NCBI GenBank assembly: GCA_016709965.1
Contig: JADJLT010000003.1
Span: 48,005 to 112,004 of the forward strand
DNA length: 64,000 nucleotides
Direction of reading: 5' to 3'
Source: Betaproteobacteria bacterium
Lineage (GTDB): Bacteria > Pseudomonadota > Gammaproteobacteria > Burkholderiales > Rhodocyclaceae
The stretch's first letter is position 1, and every line of letters starts with the position of its first letter. The notes beneath the pieces are model-generated. The model ran no database searches. It saw nothing but the letters and a program-made list of their open reading frames with translations, and was not told the origin of the DNA. The translations under genes were made by a program, and so were the position numbers. Shown here piece after piece: positions 17,909-28,298 of the stretch.

Positions 17909-19018
17909 TCAGAGCTCCGCAGGTGAGGTGACGAAACCGGTGACTTCGAGGCCAAATCCGGTCATGGAGGGCATCTTGCGTGGGCTGGCGAGCAGCCGCA
18001 TCTTGCCGACACCGAGATCGCGCAGGATCTGGGCGCCAATGCCGTAGGTGCGCGGGTCCCATTTCATCGGGGCGCTGGGGGCGGTGCCGGTGAGGCGGGC
18101 AAGCAGGGCTTCGCCGTCTTCCGGGCGATGCATCAGCACGATGACCCCGTGGCCGAATTTGTCCATGGCGGCCTGCGCTTCTTCGATGGAGAAGGACTGA
18201 CGCTTGCTGGCCGGGTCGAGGAAGTCGAGCACTGACAGCGGCTCATGAACGCGGACCAGCGTTTCACCACCGGCCGGAATGCTGCCCTTGACCAGCGCCA
18301 GATGGGTCGCGCCGCTGGCCTGGTCGACGTAGGCGTGCATGGCAAACTCGCCGTGGGCGGTGCTGATGGTCTTGCTGGAGACGCGTTCGACCAGTGTTTC
18401 GGACGAGGCGCGATAGTGGATGAGGTCGGCGATGGTGCCGATCTTAAGGCCGTGTTCGGCAGCGAATTCCATCAGTTCCGGCAGGCGGGCCATGGTGCCG
18501 TCGTCGTTCATGATTTCGCAGATGACGGAGGATGGCTCCAGACCAGCCATGCCGGCGAGGTCGCAGCCGGCTTCGGTGTGGCCGGCGCGGACCAGCACGC
18601 CGCCTTCGCGGGCGGTGATCGGGAAGACGTGGCCGGGCTGCACGATGTCGTCGGCGGTCGATGCCCGGGCGACGGCGACCTGGATGGTGCGCGCGCGGTC
18701 GGCGGCGGAAATGCCGGTGGTGACGCCTTCGGCCGCTTCGATCGAGACGGTGAAGGCGGTGCCGTACTGAGCCTTGTTGTTCTTGGCCATCTGGACGAGG
18801 CCGAGCTTCTTGCAGCGGGCTTCGGTCAACGTCAGACAAATCAGGCCGCGGCCATGCTTGGCCATGAAATTGATCGCTTCGGGGGTGATGTGCTCGGCGG
18901 CCATGACGAGGTCGCCTTCGTTTTCGCGGTCTTCTTCATCGACCAGAATGACCATGCGGCCGGCCTTGAGTTCGGTGACGATCTCGGCGGTGCTGGCAAT
19001 GGTGGGATGGGGGGGCAT
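17909..19018 (-). CDS. ribBA: Bifunctional 3,4-dihydroxy-2-butanone-4-phosphate synthase / GTP cyclohydrolase II
   Basis: 369 aa. [12 protein letters not shown]...GLICL...GHTEA...; C-terminal cyclohydrolase II-like half. Confidence 0.93.
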   Translation of the reverse strand: MPPHPTIASTAEIVTELKAGRMVILVDEEDRENEGDLVMAAEHITPEAINFMAKHGRGLICLTLTEARCKKLGLVQMAKNNKAQYGTAFTVSIEAAEGVTTGISAADRARTIQVAVARASTADDIVQPGHVFPITAREGGVLVRAGHTEAGCDLAGMAGLEPSSVICEIMNDDGTMARLPELMEFAAEHGLKIGTIADLIHYRASSETLVERVSSKTISTAHGEFAMHAYVDQASGATHLALVKGSIPAGGETLVRVHEPLSVLDFLDPASKRQSFSIEEAQAAMDKFGHGVIVLMHRPEDGEALLARLTGTAPSAPMKWDPRTYGIGAQILRDLGVGKMRLLASPRKMPSMTGFGLEVTGFVTSPAEL

Positions 19019-19118
19019 GGGTGGAATCCGGGAACAGCAGAAGGGGGGTTATTTTCGCAGAAACAGGGCGTCGGCACATGACTTTAGTGAGGTGCCGGGG
19101 TGTTGGTGCGGCGCGTGT

Positions 19119-19706
19119 TCAGGGCAGATAGGCTTCGACCTGAATGCGCAGACGGACTTCATCGCCGATGAAGGGCAGGCCGTTGTCGAGGCCGAATTCG
19201 GAGCGACGCAGTACGCCGACTGCATCAGCGCCACAGCCTTGCTTGCGTTTGGCGAGATTAAAGCCGCATTTGAAGCGGCTGATGTCGAGTCGCATCGGGC
19301 GGACTTCACCGAGCATGGTCAGCGTGCCGTCAACGGCGCTTAACTTGTCGTCGGTGAACACGAGTTTCTGGCTGCGAAAGAGGATGTTCGGGAAATCCTT
19401 GACCTTGAACCAGGTGTCGCCGCGCAAGACGTCGTCGCGCAAGGCGAAGCCGGTATCCAGAGAGGCGGCGTCGATGGTGATGTCGATGCGGCCGGTTTTG
19501 CCTTCCGGGTCAAATTCCACAATGCCGCTGCTGCGGTTGAACTGGCCTCGCTGTGTCGAAAAGCCGAGGTGGTCGATTTCGAAACTGGCATAGGTGTGCG
19601 AGGCATCAATGTTGTATTCGGTTGCCAAGCTTGGCTGGGCAAAAGACATTGCGGCGGCAAAAAGTATGGCGGAGAGGCGTGCGGCGATGGGTTCTGCGGT
19701 CAACAC
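19119..19706 (-). CDS. yceI: YceI-family periplasmic polyisoprenoid-binding protein
   Basis: YNIDASHTYASFEIDHLGFSTQRGQF...GTLTMLG. The signal peptide LSAILFAAAMSFAQPSLA requires a start at GTG 19706 or TTG 19703, which lies inside repeat copy c8. The start is uncertain. Confidence 0.8.
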   Translation of the reverse strand: MLTAEPIAARLSAILFAAAMSFAQPSLATEYNIDASHTYASFEIDHLGFSTQRGQFNRSSGIVEFDPEGKTGRIDITIDAASLDTGFALRDDVLRGDTWFKVKDFPNILFRSQKLVFTDDKLSAVDGTLTMLGEVRPMRLDISRFKCGFNLAKRKQGCGADAVGVLRRSEFGLDNGLPFIGDEVRLRIQVEAYLP

Positions 19707-19730
19707 GAAATTTTGCCCAAAAATGAAATG
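19692..19730 (+). repeat. Dispersed CGGTCAAC/A-tract repeat, copy c8 (divergent promoter region, overlapping the probable yceI start)
   Basis: TTCTGCGGTCAACACGAAATTTTGCCCAAAAATGAAATG; closest to copy c4. Confidence 0.8.
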
Positions 19731-19795
19731 TGGATGCCGGTCTGACCGCGGCCATGGCGCACCGTTCCCGCAATTTCGGGTTAGCATCTTCGCCC

Positions 19796-21295
19796 ATGCG
19801 GCACGCCCTCCTTTTTTCCGTCTTTGTCATCGCCTCCTGCGGGCTGGCCTATGAGCTGATCGCTGGCGCGCTGTCGTCCTATCTGCTGGGCGATTCGGTG
19901 ACGCAGTTTTCGACGGTGATCGGCACCTATCTGTTTGCCATGGGCGCCGGCTCGTGGCTGTCGAAGTACATCACGCGTGACCTGATCGGGCGCTTCATCC
20001 AGATCGAGTTGATGGTCGGGCTGTTGGGTGGATTTTCGGCCATTGGCCTGTTTCTCGTTTTTGCCTGGCTGTCGGGGCCATTCAAGCTGGTCCTTTATCT
20101 GGCCGTGTTCGGGGTCGGCGTGCTGGTCGGGCTGGAAATTCCGCTGGTCATGCGTATTCTGAAGCGCGAATTGGCCTTCAAGGATCTGGTGTCGCAGGTG
20201 CTCACTTTTGATTATCTCGGTGCGCTGGTGGTCTCCATCCTCTTCCCGCTGGTGCTGGCGCCGCAGATCGGCATGGTGCGCACCGGCTTGCTGTTTGGGA
20301 TGCTCAATGTTGCCGTCGCGCTCTGGGCATTGCATCTGTTTCGCGATCAATTGCCGTCGCGGCGCTGGCTGGCGGTGCAAAGCTGGACGATATTCGGTCT
20401 TCTCGCAGCCGGCTTTGCCGGGGCCGGGCAACTGACCGGGATTGCCGAAGCGCATCTCTATGCAGATGAAATCATCTACGCCGAAACGACGCCTTATCAG
20501 CGTCTGGTCGTCACCCGTTGGCGCGATGATCTGCGCCTGTTCATCAACAACAATTTGCAGTTTTCATCGCATGACGAATACCGCTACCACGAGGCGCTGG
20601 TCCATCCCGGTCTGGCCAGCCTGCCCGGCGCCAAACGCGTGCTGGTGCTTGGTGGCGGTGACGGTCTGGCGGTGCGTGAAATTCTCAAGTACCCGAATGT
20701 CGAGTCGGTGACGCTGGTCGATCTTGATCCGGCGATGAATTCGCTATTTTCTACAGCGCCGGCATTGGTGGCGTTAAATCAGGGATCGCTGAACTCGCCC
20801 AGGGTCAAGGTGATCAACGCCGATGCGCTGCAATGGCTGGAAGAAAACCGCGATTTCTACGATTTCATCGTCATCGATTTTCCCGATCCGACCAATTTTG
20901 CGCTCGGCAAGCTCTACACCTCGGCCTTTTATCGCCTGCTGGAAAAGCGCCTGTCGGCGCGTGGCCTGCTGGTTGTGCAATCTACTTCGCCGCTCTATGC
21001 CCGGCAATCCTTCTGGTGCGTGGTGACGACGCTGGAAAGCGTCGGCTTCAAGACGGCACCGTACCACGCGCTGGTGCCGTCGTTTGGCGAATGGGGCTAC
21101 ATCATCGCGGGCCGCCAGGATTTCTCGATTCCCGCGGTCAACCCGGAAAATACCCGATTTTTGACATCCGAAATCCTGCCCGGCCTGTTCCAGTTCCCCG
21201 CTGACATGGCGCGCGTACCGGCCGAGGTCAATCAATTGAACAATCAGGTGCTGGTGCGCTACTTCGAAGCCGAGTGGCGCAAGGTCATTCGCTAG
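19796..21295 (+). CDS. speE: Membrane-anchored polyamine aminopropyltransferase (spermidine synthase-like)
   Basis: N-terminal multi-TM region, then YQRLVV...EYRYHEALVHP...VLVLGGGDGLAVRE...VDLDP. The ATG at 19796 (MRHALLF) is preferred over the GTG at 19730. Confidence 0.85.
   Translation: MRHALLFSVFVIASCGLAYELIAGALSSYLLGDSVTQFSTVIGTYLFAMGAGSWLSKYITRDLIGRFIQIELMVGLLGGFSAIGLFLVFAWLSGPFKLVLYLAVFGVGVLVGLEIPLVMRILKRELAFKDLVSQVLTFDYLGALVVSILFPLVLAPQIGMVRTGLLFGMLNVAVALWALHLFRDQLPSRRWLAVQSWTIFGLLAAGFAGAGQLTGIAEAHLYADEIIYAETTPYQRLVVTRWRDDLRLFINNNLQFSSHDEYRYHEALVHPGLASLPGAKRVLVLGGGDGLAVREILKYPNVESVTLVDLDPAMNSLFSTAPALVALNQGSLNSPRVKVINADALQWLEENRDFYDFIVIDFPDPTNFALGKLYTSAFYRLLEKRLSARGLLVVQSTSPLYARQSFWCVVTTLESVGFKTAPYHALVPSFGEWGYIIAGRQDFSIPAVNPENTRFLTSEILPGLFQFPADMARVPAEVNQLNNQVLVRYFEAEWRKVIR
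21133..21164 (+). repeat. Dispersed CGGTCAAC/A-tract repeat, copy c7, in-frame in the speE-like gene
   Basis: CGCGGTCAACCCGGAAAATACCCGATTTTTGA, encoding AVNPENTRFL. Confidence 0.6.
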
Positions 21296-21302
21296 CCTGT
21301 GC

Positions 21303-23054
21303 TCAGGGATGAGCGGCCTGGTAGGCCTTGAGGTAGGCGATGGTTTCGTCGAATGGCATCGGCCTGCTGTACAGGTAGCCTTGCAGCATGTCGCAGCCGA
21401 GTCGTGCCAGAAAAGCTCGCTGTGCTTCGGTTTCCACGCCTTCCGCGACCAGTTCCAGCCCCAGGCTGTGACCCAGCGCGATCGTGGCGGCACAGATGGC
21501 GGCATCGTTGGGGTCGGTTTCGATGTCCGTGACAAAGGAGCGGTCGAGTTTCAGGCGCTGAATCGGTAAGTGCTTGAGGTAGGCGAGCGACGAGTAGCCC
21601 GTGCCGAAATCGTCGATAGCCAACTTGATTCCCATGGCGGACAACTGGTCGAGGATCGAGAGGGTTGTTTCTGGGTGTTGCATGGCAGTGCTCTCGGTGA
21701 CTTCCAGTTCAATGTCTTCTGGCGACAGGTCATAACAGGCCAGGGCGCCACGAACGAGCAGCAGCAGGTTGTCGTGGCCCAGCTGCTGGGCCGAGATGTT
21801 GATGGCGACGCGAATGCCCGTGATTCCCTGCTGCTTCATGTTGCGAATCTGGCGACAGGTTTCCCAGATCACCCAGTCGCCCAGTGGCTGGATCAAACCA
21901 GTCTCCTCGGCAATGGCAATGAAGCGCACCGGCGAGATTTGGCCGAGTTTTGGATTATTCCAGCGCAGCAGCGCTTCCAGACCCAGCACGCGACCCGAGA
22001 CGGTCTCGATCTGCGGCTGGAAGTTCAGCGAAAACTCACAGCCGCTCGGCGAAATTGACGAAATAGCCTGCCGGAGTTCGTTCTCCATCTGCAGACGTTC
22101 GCCCGCCGCTTCGTTCATGCGTGCGGTGTAGAACTGGTGATTATTGCGGCCGGCACTTTTTGCGTGGTACATCGCCGTGTCGGCGTTGCGCAGCATGGTG
22201 CCGGGGTCGTTCCCATCAAACGGGTAGAGACTGATACCTATGCTGGGTGTGGCGTACAGGACGTGATCGCTGATTCGGTAGCTGTCGGCCAGGTTGCTTT
22301 GAATCTTGCTGGCAACCCGTGCTGCGGTCAGTGGCGATTCGATTTCCGGCAGGACCACCACAAATTCATCGCCGCCCAATCGCGCGACAAGGTCACTTGA
22401 GCGGACGCACTCGCTCAGACGCAGCGCCACTTTTTGCAACAACTTATCACCAACATGATGCCCTAGCGTGTCGTTGATATTCTTGAAATTGTCGAGGTCG
22501 ATCAGCATCAATGCCAGCTGATGATTTTCCCGTTCGCAAATGCGCAATGCCTGCCCCAGTTGTGACTCGAAGGCCAGTCGGTTGGGCAGATTGGTCAGCG
22601 GGTCATGATAGGCAAGGTAGGCCAGCCGGTCGGCCGCTTCATGGTTGGCATGGATATCGGTGAAGTTGGCTACATAGTTCTGGATTTTTCCATCGGAATC
22701 GCGCAGGACGGCAATTTTCAGCCAGCTGGGATGGCTTGAGCCATCATGATGCTTGTTCCAGATTTCGCCTTCCCAATAATTCTTGCTGTCCAATGCTTCC
22801 CACATGGCGACATACAACTCCGGGGCTGCACGGCCCGAAGCCAGAATGCGCGGGTTCTTCCCGAGCAGTTCATTCGGCGAATAGCCCGTCAGCCGCGAAA
22901 AAGCCCCATTGACAGCGATGATCAGATTGTTGCAGTCCGTGATCAGAATACCTTCGTGACTTTGCTCGAACGCACGTAACAACACCGCAGACGGCAACGG
23001 CGTGCTGTCCGTGGGGGAGCTGTTGGTATCGGCTGGCACTGAAGGCAGGATCAT
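21303..23054 (-). CDS. PAS-GGDEF-EAL c-di-GMP turnover protein with intact motifs
   Basis: PAS: ILITDCNNLIIAVNGAFSRLTGY. RSSD I-site five residues before GGDEF (ARLGGDEFVV). EALLRW, DDFGTGYSSL. Confidence 0.9.
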   Translation of the reverse strand: MILPSVPADTNSSPTDSTPLPSAVLLRAFEQSHEGILITDCNNLIIAVNGAFSRLTGYSPNELLGKNPRILASGRAAPELYVAMWEALDSKNYWEGEIWNKHHDGSSHPSWLKIAVLRDSDGKIQNYVANFTDIHANHEAADRLAYLAYHDPLTNLPNRLAFESQLGQALRICERENHQLALMLIDLDNFKNINDTLGHHVGDKLLQKVALRLSECVRSSDLVARLGGDEFVVVLPEIESPLTAARVASKIQSNLADSYRISDHVLYATPSIGISLYPFDGNDPGTMLRNADTAMYHAKSAGRNNHQFYTARMNEAAGERLQMENELRQAISSISPSGCEFSLNFQPQIETVSGRVLGLEALLRWNNPKLGQISPVRFIAIAEETGLIQPLGDWVIWETCRQIRNMKQQGITGIRVAINISAQQLGHDNLLLLVRGALACYDLSPEDIELEVTESTAMQHPETTLSILDQLSAMGIKLAIDDFGTGYSSLAYLKHLPIQRLKLDRSFVTDIETDPNDAAICAATIALGHSLGLELVAEGVETEAQRAFLARLGCDMLQGYLYSRPMPFDETIAYLKAYQAAHP

Positions 23055-23276
23055 GCGGGCGGTTTCTCTAGATAGGCGTTAAGCGCGTTACCTATAGTTT
23101 AGACCTGATCGGCTGTGCGTAAACAAGAGCTTTCTCTCTGCTACATGAAATATAGATGCGCGACTGCTGAAAGCGGAAGGCGCTAGAGAGCTCAGGGGGC
23201 GTGTCTTGTGATAACGCTTTTGCAGGTATCCGATGCGTTGCCTCGGCTAGCCAGATGGCTGCCGAGGTCTATCGAA

Positions 23277-24368
<1,092 letters not shown>

Positions 24369-24378
24369 GGGTTATTCC

Positions 24379-24957
24379 TTAGACGGCTTTGCCGTGCAAC
24401 TGTTGTTGAGCGCCGGCAAAGTCTCCGGCGGCGAGTTTTGGCCAGGCCAGCAGGCAGCGGGCGAGGGCGTGTTCGATGTCTGGTAGTTCTTCTTTGCGCG
24501 GCTGATGCAAAACGAAATCAACGACTTGTTGTGACAGACCAAGCGTGCGCGGGTGGCCGATGCCGAGGCGCAGGCGCCAGAAGTCCGGCGTGCCTAGTTT
24601 GGCCTGAATATCTTTCAAGCCATTGTGTCCACCATTGCCGCCGCCCTGTTTGAGGCGAATGCCGCCGGGCGGCAGGTCGAGTTCATCGTGGATGACGAGA
24701 ATTTCTTCAGGCGGGATCTTGTAAAAATTGGCCAGTGCCGCCACCGATTGGCCTGAACGGTTCATGAATGTGCTTGGCTCAAGCAGCCAGGTTTCGCCAA
24801 TGCGGGCGGCTTTACCGAAAAATTTGGCTTGCGGGGCGAGCGAGGCCTTCAGCTTGTCGGCCAGGTGGTCGACAAACCAGAAGCCGGCATTGTGCCGTGT
24901 GGCTTCGTATTCAGGGCCAGGATTACCAAGGCCGACGATCAGGCGAGGTGGGTTCAT
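24379..24957 (-). CDS. pth: Peptidyl-tRNA hydrolase
   Basis: [23 protein letters not shown]...GGHNGLKDI. Confidence 0.95.
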   Translation of the reverse strand: MNPPRLIVGLGNPGPEYEATRHNAGFWFVDHLADKLKASLAPQAKFFGKAARIGETWLLEPSTFMNRSGQSVAALANFYKIPPEEILVIHDELDLPPGGIRLKQGGGNGGHNGLKDIQAKLGTPDFWRLRLGIGHPRTLGLSQQVVDFVLHQPRKEELPDIEHALARCLLAWPKLAAGDFAGAQQQLHGKAV

Positions 24958-24970
24958 CAGGGGCTAAATG

Positions 24971-25004
24971 AAAAAGCCGCCGGCGGCAAAATGCCAGCGG
25001 CGGC
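24971..25004 (-). terminator. GC-rich hairpin plus U-run between rplY and pth (possible partial terminator or attenuator)
   Basis: The minus strand reads GCCGCCGCTGGCA-TTT-TGCCGCCGGCGGC followed by TTTTTCATTT, about 14 nt before the pth ATG. Confidence 0.4.
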
Positions 25005-25026
25005 CATAACAGCACGGAGCCGAAAA

Positions 25027-25632
25027 TTACTCGGCAGCAGCTTCGCCTTCTTCAGCAGCTTCGCTGGAGCCGCCCTTGCCGACGACGCCGACGACGACAT
25101 CGTCAGTCGCGTGGGCAACCAGCTTGACACCCTTCGGCAGATTGAGCTGGGAAAGGTGAATGCTGTCGCCGATCTTCAGGGTGCTGAGGTCAACTTCGAT
25201 GAAGCCAGGAAGGTCAGCTGCGAGGCAGTGAACGTCGACTTCAGTCATGACGTGGTTAACGAGGCCGCCGTTGAGCTTGACGCCCGGAGCGACTTCTTCG
25301 TTGACGAAGTGCAGCGGCACCTTGACGTGGATTTCGTGCGTGGCATCGACGCGCTGGAAGTCGAAGTGCAGAACGAGCGGACGGTAAGCGTGCATCTGGT
25401 AGTCACGCAGCAGGGCGGCTTCCTTCTTGCCGTCGATTACTAGGGTAACGACGGAAGAATGGAAGGCTTCTTTCTTCAGCTTGAGCAGCAGGTCGTTGTG
25501 AGCCACTTCGATCGACTGCGGAGCAGCTTCGCCACCGTAAATGATACCCGGCACCATGGCAGCGCGACGCAGGCGGCGGCTCGCACCCGTTCCCTGCAGC
25601 GTACGCGCTTGCGCGATTAGTTCAAAAGTCAT
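25027..25632 (-). CDS. rplY: 50S ribosomal protein L25 / general stress protein Ctc
   Basis: 201 aa. [10 protein letters not shown]...PGIIYGG...; acidic C-terminal tail. Confidence 0.95.
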   Translation of the reverse strand: MTFELIAQARTLQGTGASRRLRRAAMVPGIIYGGEAAPQSIEVAHNDLLLKLKKEAFHSSVVTLVIDGKKEAALLRDYQMHAYRPLVLHFDFQRVDATHEIHVKVPLHFVNEEVAPGVKLNGGLVNHVMTEVDVHCLAADLPGFIEVDLSTLKIGDSIHLSQLNLPKGVKLVAHATDDVVVGVVGKGGSSEAAEEGEAAAE

Positions 25633-25686
25633 ATTGATACTCCAAGTTTTTCCCGGTCCGCGACCAGAACGGGAAGTTAAAAAAGC

Positions 25687-26637
25687 TTAATCGATGAACA
25701 GCGACGAAACAGAGTCATCGTTGCTGATTCGGCGAATGGTTTCGGCCATGATTTCGGCCACGGAAAGCTGGCGGATGCGCGAAGAGGCAGCAGCTTCATC
25801 GCGCAGCGGAATGGTATCGGTAACGACCAGTGCGTCGAGGTCAGAGCTGTTGACACGATCAACTGCGGGGCCTGACAGGACGGGATGAGTGCAGTAGGCG
25901 ACGACCTTCTTGGCGCCATTGGCCTTGAGGGCGGTAGCTGCCTTGCACAGCGTGCCGGCAGTGTCGACCATGTCGTCCATGATGATGCAGGTACGCCCAT
26001 CGACTTCGCCGATAATGTTCATTACTTCTGAAACGTTGGCTTTCGGACGACGCTTGTCGATGATCGCCAGATCACATTCGAGGCGCTTGGCCAGCGACCG
26101 GGCGCGAACCACGCCGCCGTGGTCGGGGGAAACAACCATCGGGTTTTCGTAATGCTGTTTCTGGATGTCTGCGAGCAGAATGGGCAGGGCGTAGATATTG
26201 TCCACCGGGATATCGAAGAAACCCTGAATCTGTTCGGCGTGAAGATCCATGGTCAGCACGCGGTCGACGCCGGAGGCGACGAGCATGTTGGCCACCAGTT
26301 TGGCGGCAATCGGCACCCGCGAGGAGCGCGAACGACGATCCTGGCGAGCATAGCCAAAATACGGGATGGTGGCAGTGATTCGACCGGCTGAGGCGCGTTT
26401 CAGGGAGTCAACGATAACCAGCAATTCCATCAGGTTGTCGTTGCAGGGGGCGCAGGTGGATTGCAGCACGAAGATATCGCGGCCACGAACGTGCTCTTGC
26501 AGTTCGACGCTGACTTCGCCATCGGAAAAACGACCGACGTTGGCGCGACCGAGATCCACGTTAAGCTGTGCTGCAACATCAGCTGCCAGTTTTGGATTGG
26601 CATTGCCAGTGAAGACCATCAAGCTGTTGTAGGCCAT
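25687..26637 (-). CDS. prs: Ribose-phosphate pyrophosphokinase
   Basis: [18 protein letters not shown]...RFSDGE...[10 protein letters not shown]...DLHA...DDMVDTAGT. The tracked longer ORF runs through the tRNA gene, so the ATG at 26637 is used. Confidence 0.95.
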   Translation of the reverse strand: MAYNSLMVFTGNANPKLAADVAAQLNVDLGRANVGRFSDGEVSVELQEHVRGRDIFVLQSTCAPCNDNLMELLVIVDSLKRASAGRITATIPYFGYARQDRRSRSSRVPIAAKLVANMLVASGVDRVLTMDLHAEQIQGFFDIPVDNIYALPILLADIQKQHYENPMVVSPDHGGVVRARSLAKRLECDLAIIDKRRPKANVSEVMNIIGEVDGRTCIIMDDMVDTAGTLCKAATALKANGAKKVVAYCTHPVLSGPAVDRVNSSDLDALVVTDTIPLRDEAAASSRIRQLSVAEIMAETIRRISNDDSVSSLFID

Positions 26638-26728
26638 TCCCACATTCCTCCGGACCTTCTGCATGCTTACGTGCATTTGCCCGCCACAATGAAAATCGGG
26701 CAGGCTTATGACCTGCCCGAAAGAAATT

Positions 26729-26805
26729 TGGCTGGGGAAGAAGGATTCGAACCTTCGAATGCCGGAATCAAAATCCGGTGCCTTGACCAACTTGGCGACT
26801 CCCCA
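26729..26805 (-). tRNA. tRNA-Gln (anticodon UUG)
   Basis: The minus strand reads TGGGGAGTCGCCAAGTTGGTCAAGGCACCGGATTTTGATTCCGGCATTCGAAGGTTCGAATCCTTCTTCCCCAGCCA. It folds as a cloverleaf: 7-bp acceptor stem, anticodon stem CCGGA/TCCGG with loop TTTTGAT, T-arm GAAGG-TTCGAAT-CCTTC, encoded CCA. Confidence 0.9.
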
Positions 26806-26880
26806 GCGGGTTGCTCGAACGGGTTCGCGTCCGAGCGAGGCGCGAATAATACAGTAGCCCTATCCGAAAATCCAGTCCTC

Positions 26881-27729
26881 TCAGCAAATTTTTGCGAGCG
26901 GGTGCTGGTCGAGTCCATCAGCAATCCAGCCATTCAGTTCAGCCGGACATTGGGCGAGAAGGGCTACCGCATCTTCGTGGCGGTTGAATTCAGCAAAGAC
27001 ACAGCTGCCGGAGCCGGTCATCATAGCCAGTGGTGCGCGCGCCTTGAGCCAGGCGAGGGATTCGGCAACAGCCGGAAACTCGGTGCAGGCTACCGGTTCA
27101 AGGTCGTTGTGACCTTGCCCGTGAAGCCATTCTTCGGGGCGCATGGCAATCGTGTCGCGTTTCAGTTCGGTTGCGCCGAAAATACTGGCGGTTGGTACTT
27201 GAACCGCAGGATGTAACACCAGATAACTGGCCGGAGGAAGGGTTACATTGGTAAATGTTTCGCCAATACCCTCGGCAAAAGCGTTGTGGCCGTGCACAAA
27301 TATAGGCACGTCGGCACCAAGCGAGAGGCCAAGTGTCTCAAGTTGGGCGCGGGAAAGTCCCGTTTGCCACAAATGGTTGAGGGCGAGCAGCACGGTTGCC
27401 GCATCGGATGAGCCTCCGCCCAACCCTCCGCCCATCGCTAATTGCTTGTCGAGATGAATGGTGACGCCTTTGCGGCAGTTGCTGGCTTGTTGCAGCAAGC
27501 GGGCGGCGCGGACGGTGAGGTCCCTTTCTGCAGGAACCCCGGGAATGGGCGTGGCGAGGTGAATTTCTCCGTCATCCCGCGGCAGAAAACGCAGCGTGTC
27601 AGCGCGGTCGATAAAGCGAAAGACAGTTTGCAGAAGATGGTAGCCGTCAGGCCGCCGGCCGACGACGTGCAGGAAGAGATTCAGTTTTGCCGGTGCCGGC
27701 CAGTGGCTGTCCCAATTCCAAGTGTTCAT
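26881..27729 (-). CDS. ispE: 4-diphosphocytidyl-2-C-methyl-D-erythritol kinase
   Basis: WPAPAKLNLFLHVVGRRPDGYH...GGGLGGGSSDAA...MTGSGSCVFA. The ATG at 27729 overlaps the lolB stop (ATGA). Confidence 0.9.
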   Translation of the reverse strand: MNTWNWDSHWPAPAKLNLFLHVVGRRPDGYHLLQTVFRFIDRADTLRFLPRDDGEIHLATPIPGVPAERDLTVRAARLLQQASNCRKGVTIHLDKQLAMGGGLGGGSSDAATVLLALNHLWQTGLSRAQLETLGLSLGADVPIFVHGHNAFAEGIGETFTNVTLPPASYLVLHPAVQVPTASIFGATELKRDTIAMRPEEWLHGQGHNDLEPVACTEFPAVAESLAWLKARAPLAMMTGSGSCVFAEFNRHEDAVALLAQCPAELNGWIADGLDQHPLAKIC

Positions 27730-28298
27730 GGAGCATCTTTCCATTCTTCGATTCGCAGACGCAATTCGATTTCTCCATTGCGCGACAGCGTTAAACGGGC
27801 AGGCAGGGAGTCCGGGTTTTCATCGTCAAAGCTGTAGTCGATTTGCCAGCCATCTTCGATCAGCCTGAGCGGACGGCCGTGGGTGTCGTGTTCGATTCGT
27901 CCTTCGCCATCCGGGCGGCCAAGCAACCAGGCCGGGAATCGACTGACCGGCAGGCGTTGTCCGGTGACATCCTCCATCAATGCATCCGGGTCGATTGATT
28001 CACGGGTTTTGCCGTCAGCGGTACGTAACCGGGAGAGTTCGGGAGTTGTATTGATTTCGGCCAAGCCGTAGCCCAGCGGGTTGGAGATCATTACGCGATC
28101 ACTGGCGTTTTGATGGGTCCAGGTCAATCGACCCCCCGAGTTTTGCGGGGCTTGCCCGGCCAGGGTTACGCGTAGCGCGAAGCGGCCATCCAGGGAAAAA
28201 TTGCGGATATTGTCGCGTGGCGCCAGGGGCGTCGGCGGTGTGCTCGCGCAACCGGCGAGCAGGCTGGCTGCAAGGAGCAGGGCGTAACGCAGTTTCAA
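27726..28298 (-). CDS. lolB: Outer-membrane lipoprotein LolB
   Basis: Lipobox LLAGC at the N-terminus. 190 aa. Conserved position between the TPR gene and ispE. Confidence 0.85.
   Translation of the reverse strand: MKLRYALLLAASLLAGCASTPPTPLAPRDNIRNFSLDGRFALRVTLAGQAPQNSGGRLTWTHQNASDRVMISNPLGYGLAEINTTPELSRLRTADGKTRESIDPDALMEDVTGQRLPVSRFPAWLLGRPDGEGRIEHDTHGRPLRLIEDGWQIDYSFDDENPDSLPARLTLSRNGEIELRLRIEEWKDAP

Noticed and set aside
8645-18829. Bare CGGTCAAC hits at about 8645, 11541, 13606 and 18822, and GGGTCAACCGG at 41728
   Set aside because: They lack the downstream A-tract and GSCMAAW part, and their number matches chance expectation. Several encode conserved residues (for example TVNDYL of SecA). 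They are not counted as repeat-family members.
19019-19118. Possible FMN riboswitch upstream of ribBA
   Set aside because: The spacer is only ~100 nt and shows none of the conserved RFN core segments I can recall. A small hairpin (CGGCAC..GTGCCG) is more likely the yceI 3' end structure.
25687-26790. N-terminal 51-codon extension of prs in the ORF track
   Set aside because: The extension runs through the tRNA-Gln gene and starts at a TTG. The canonical [13 protein letters not shown] start is at 26637.
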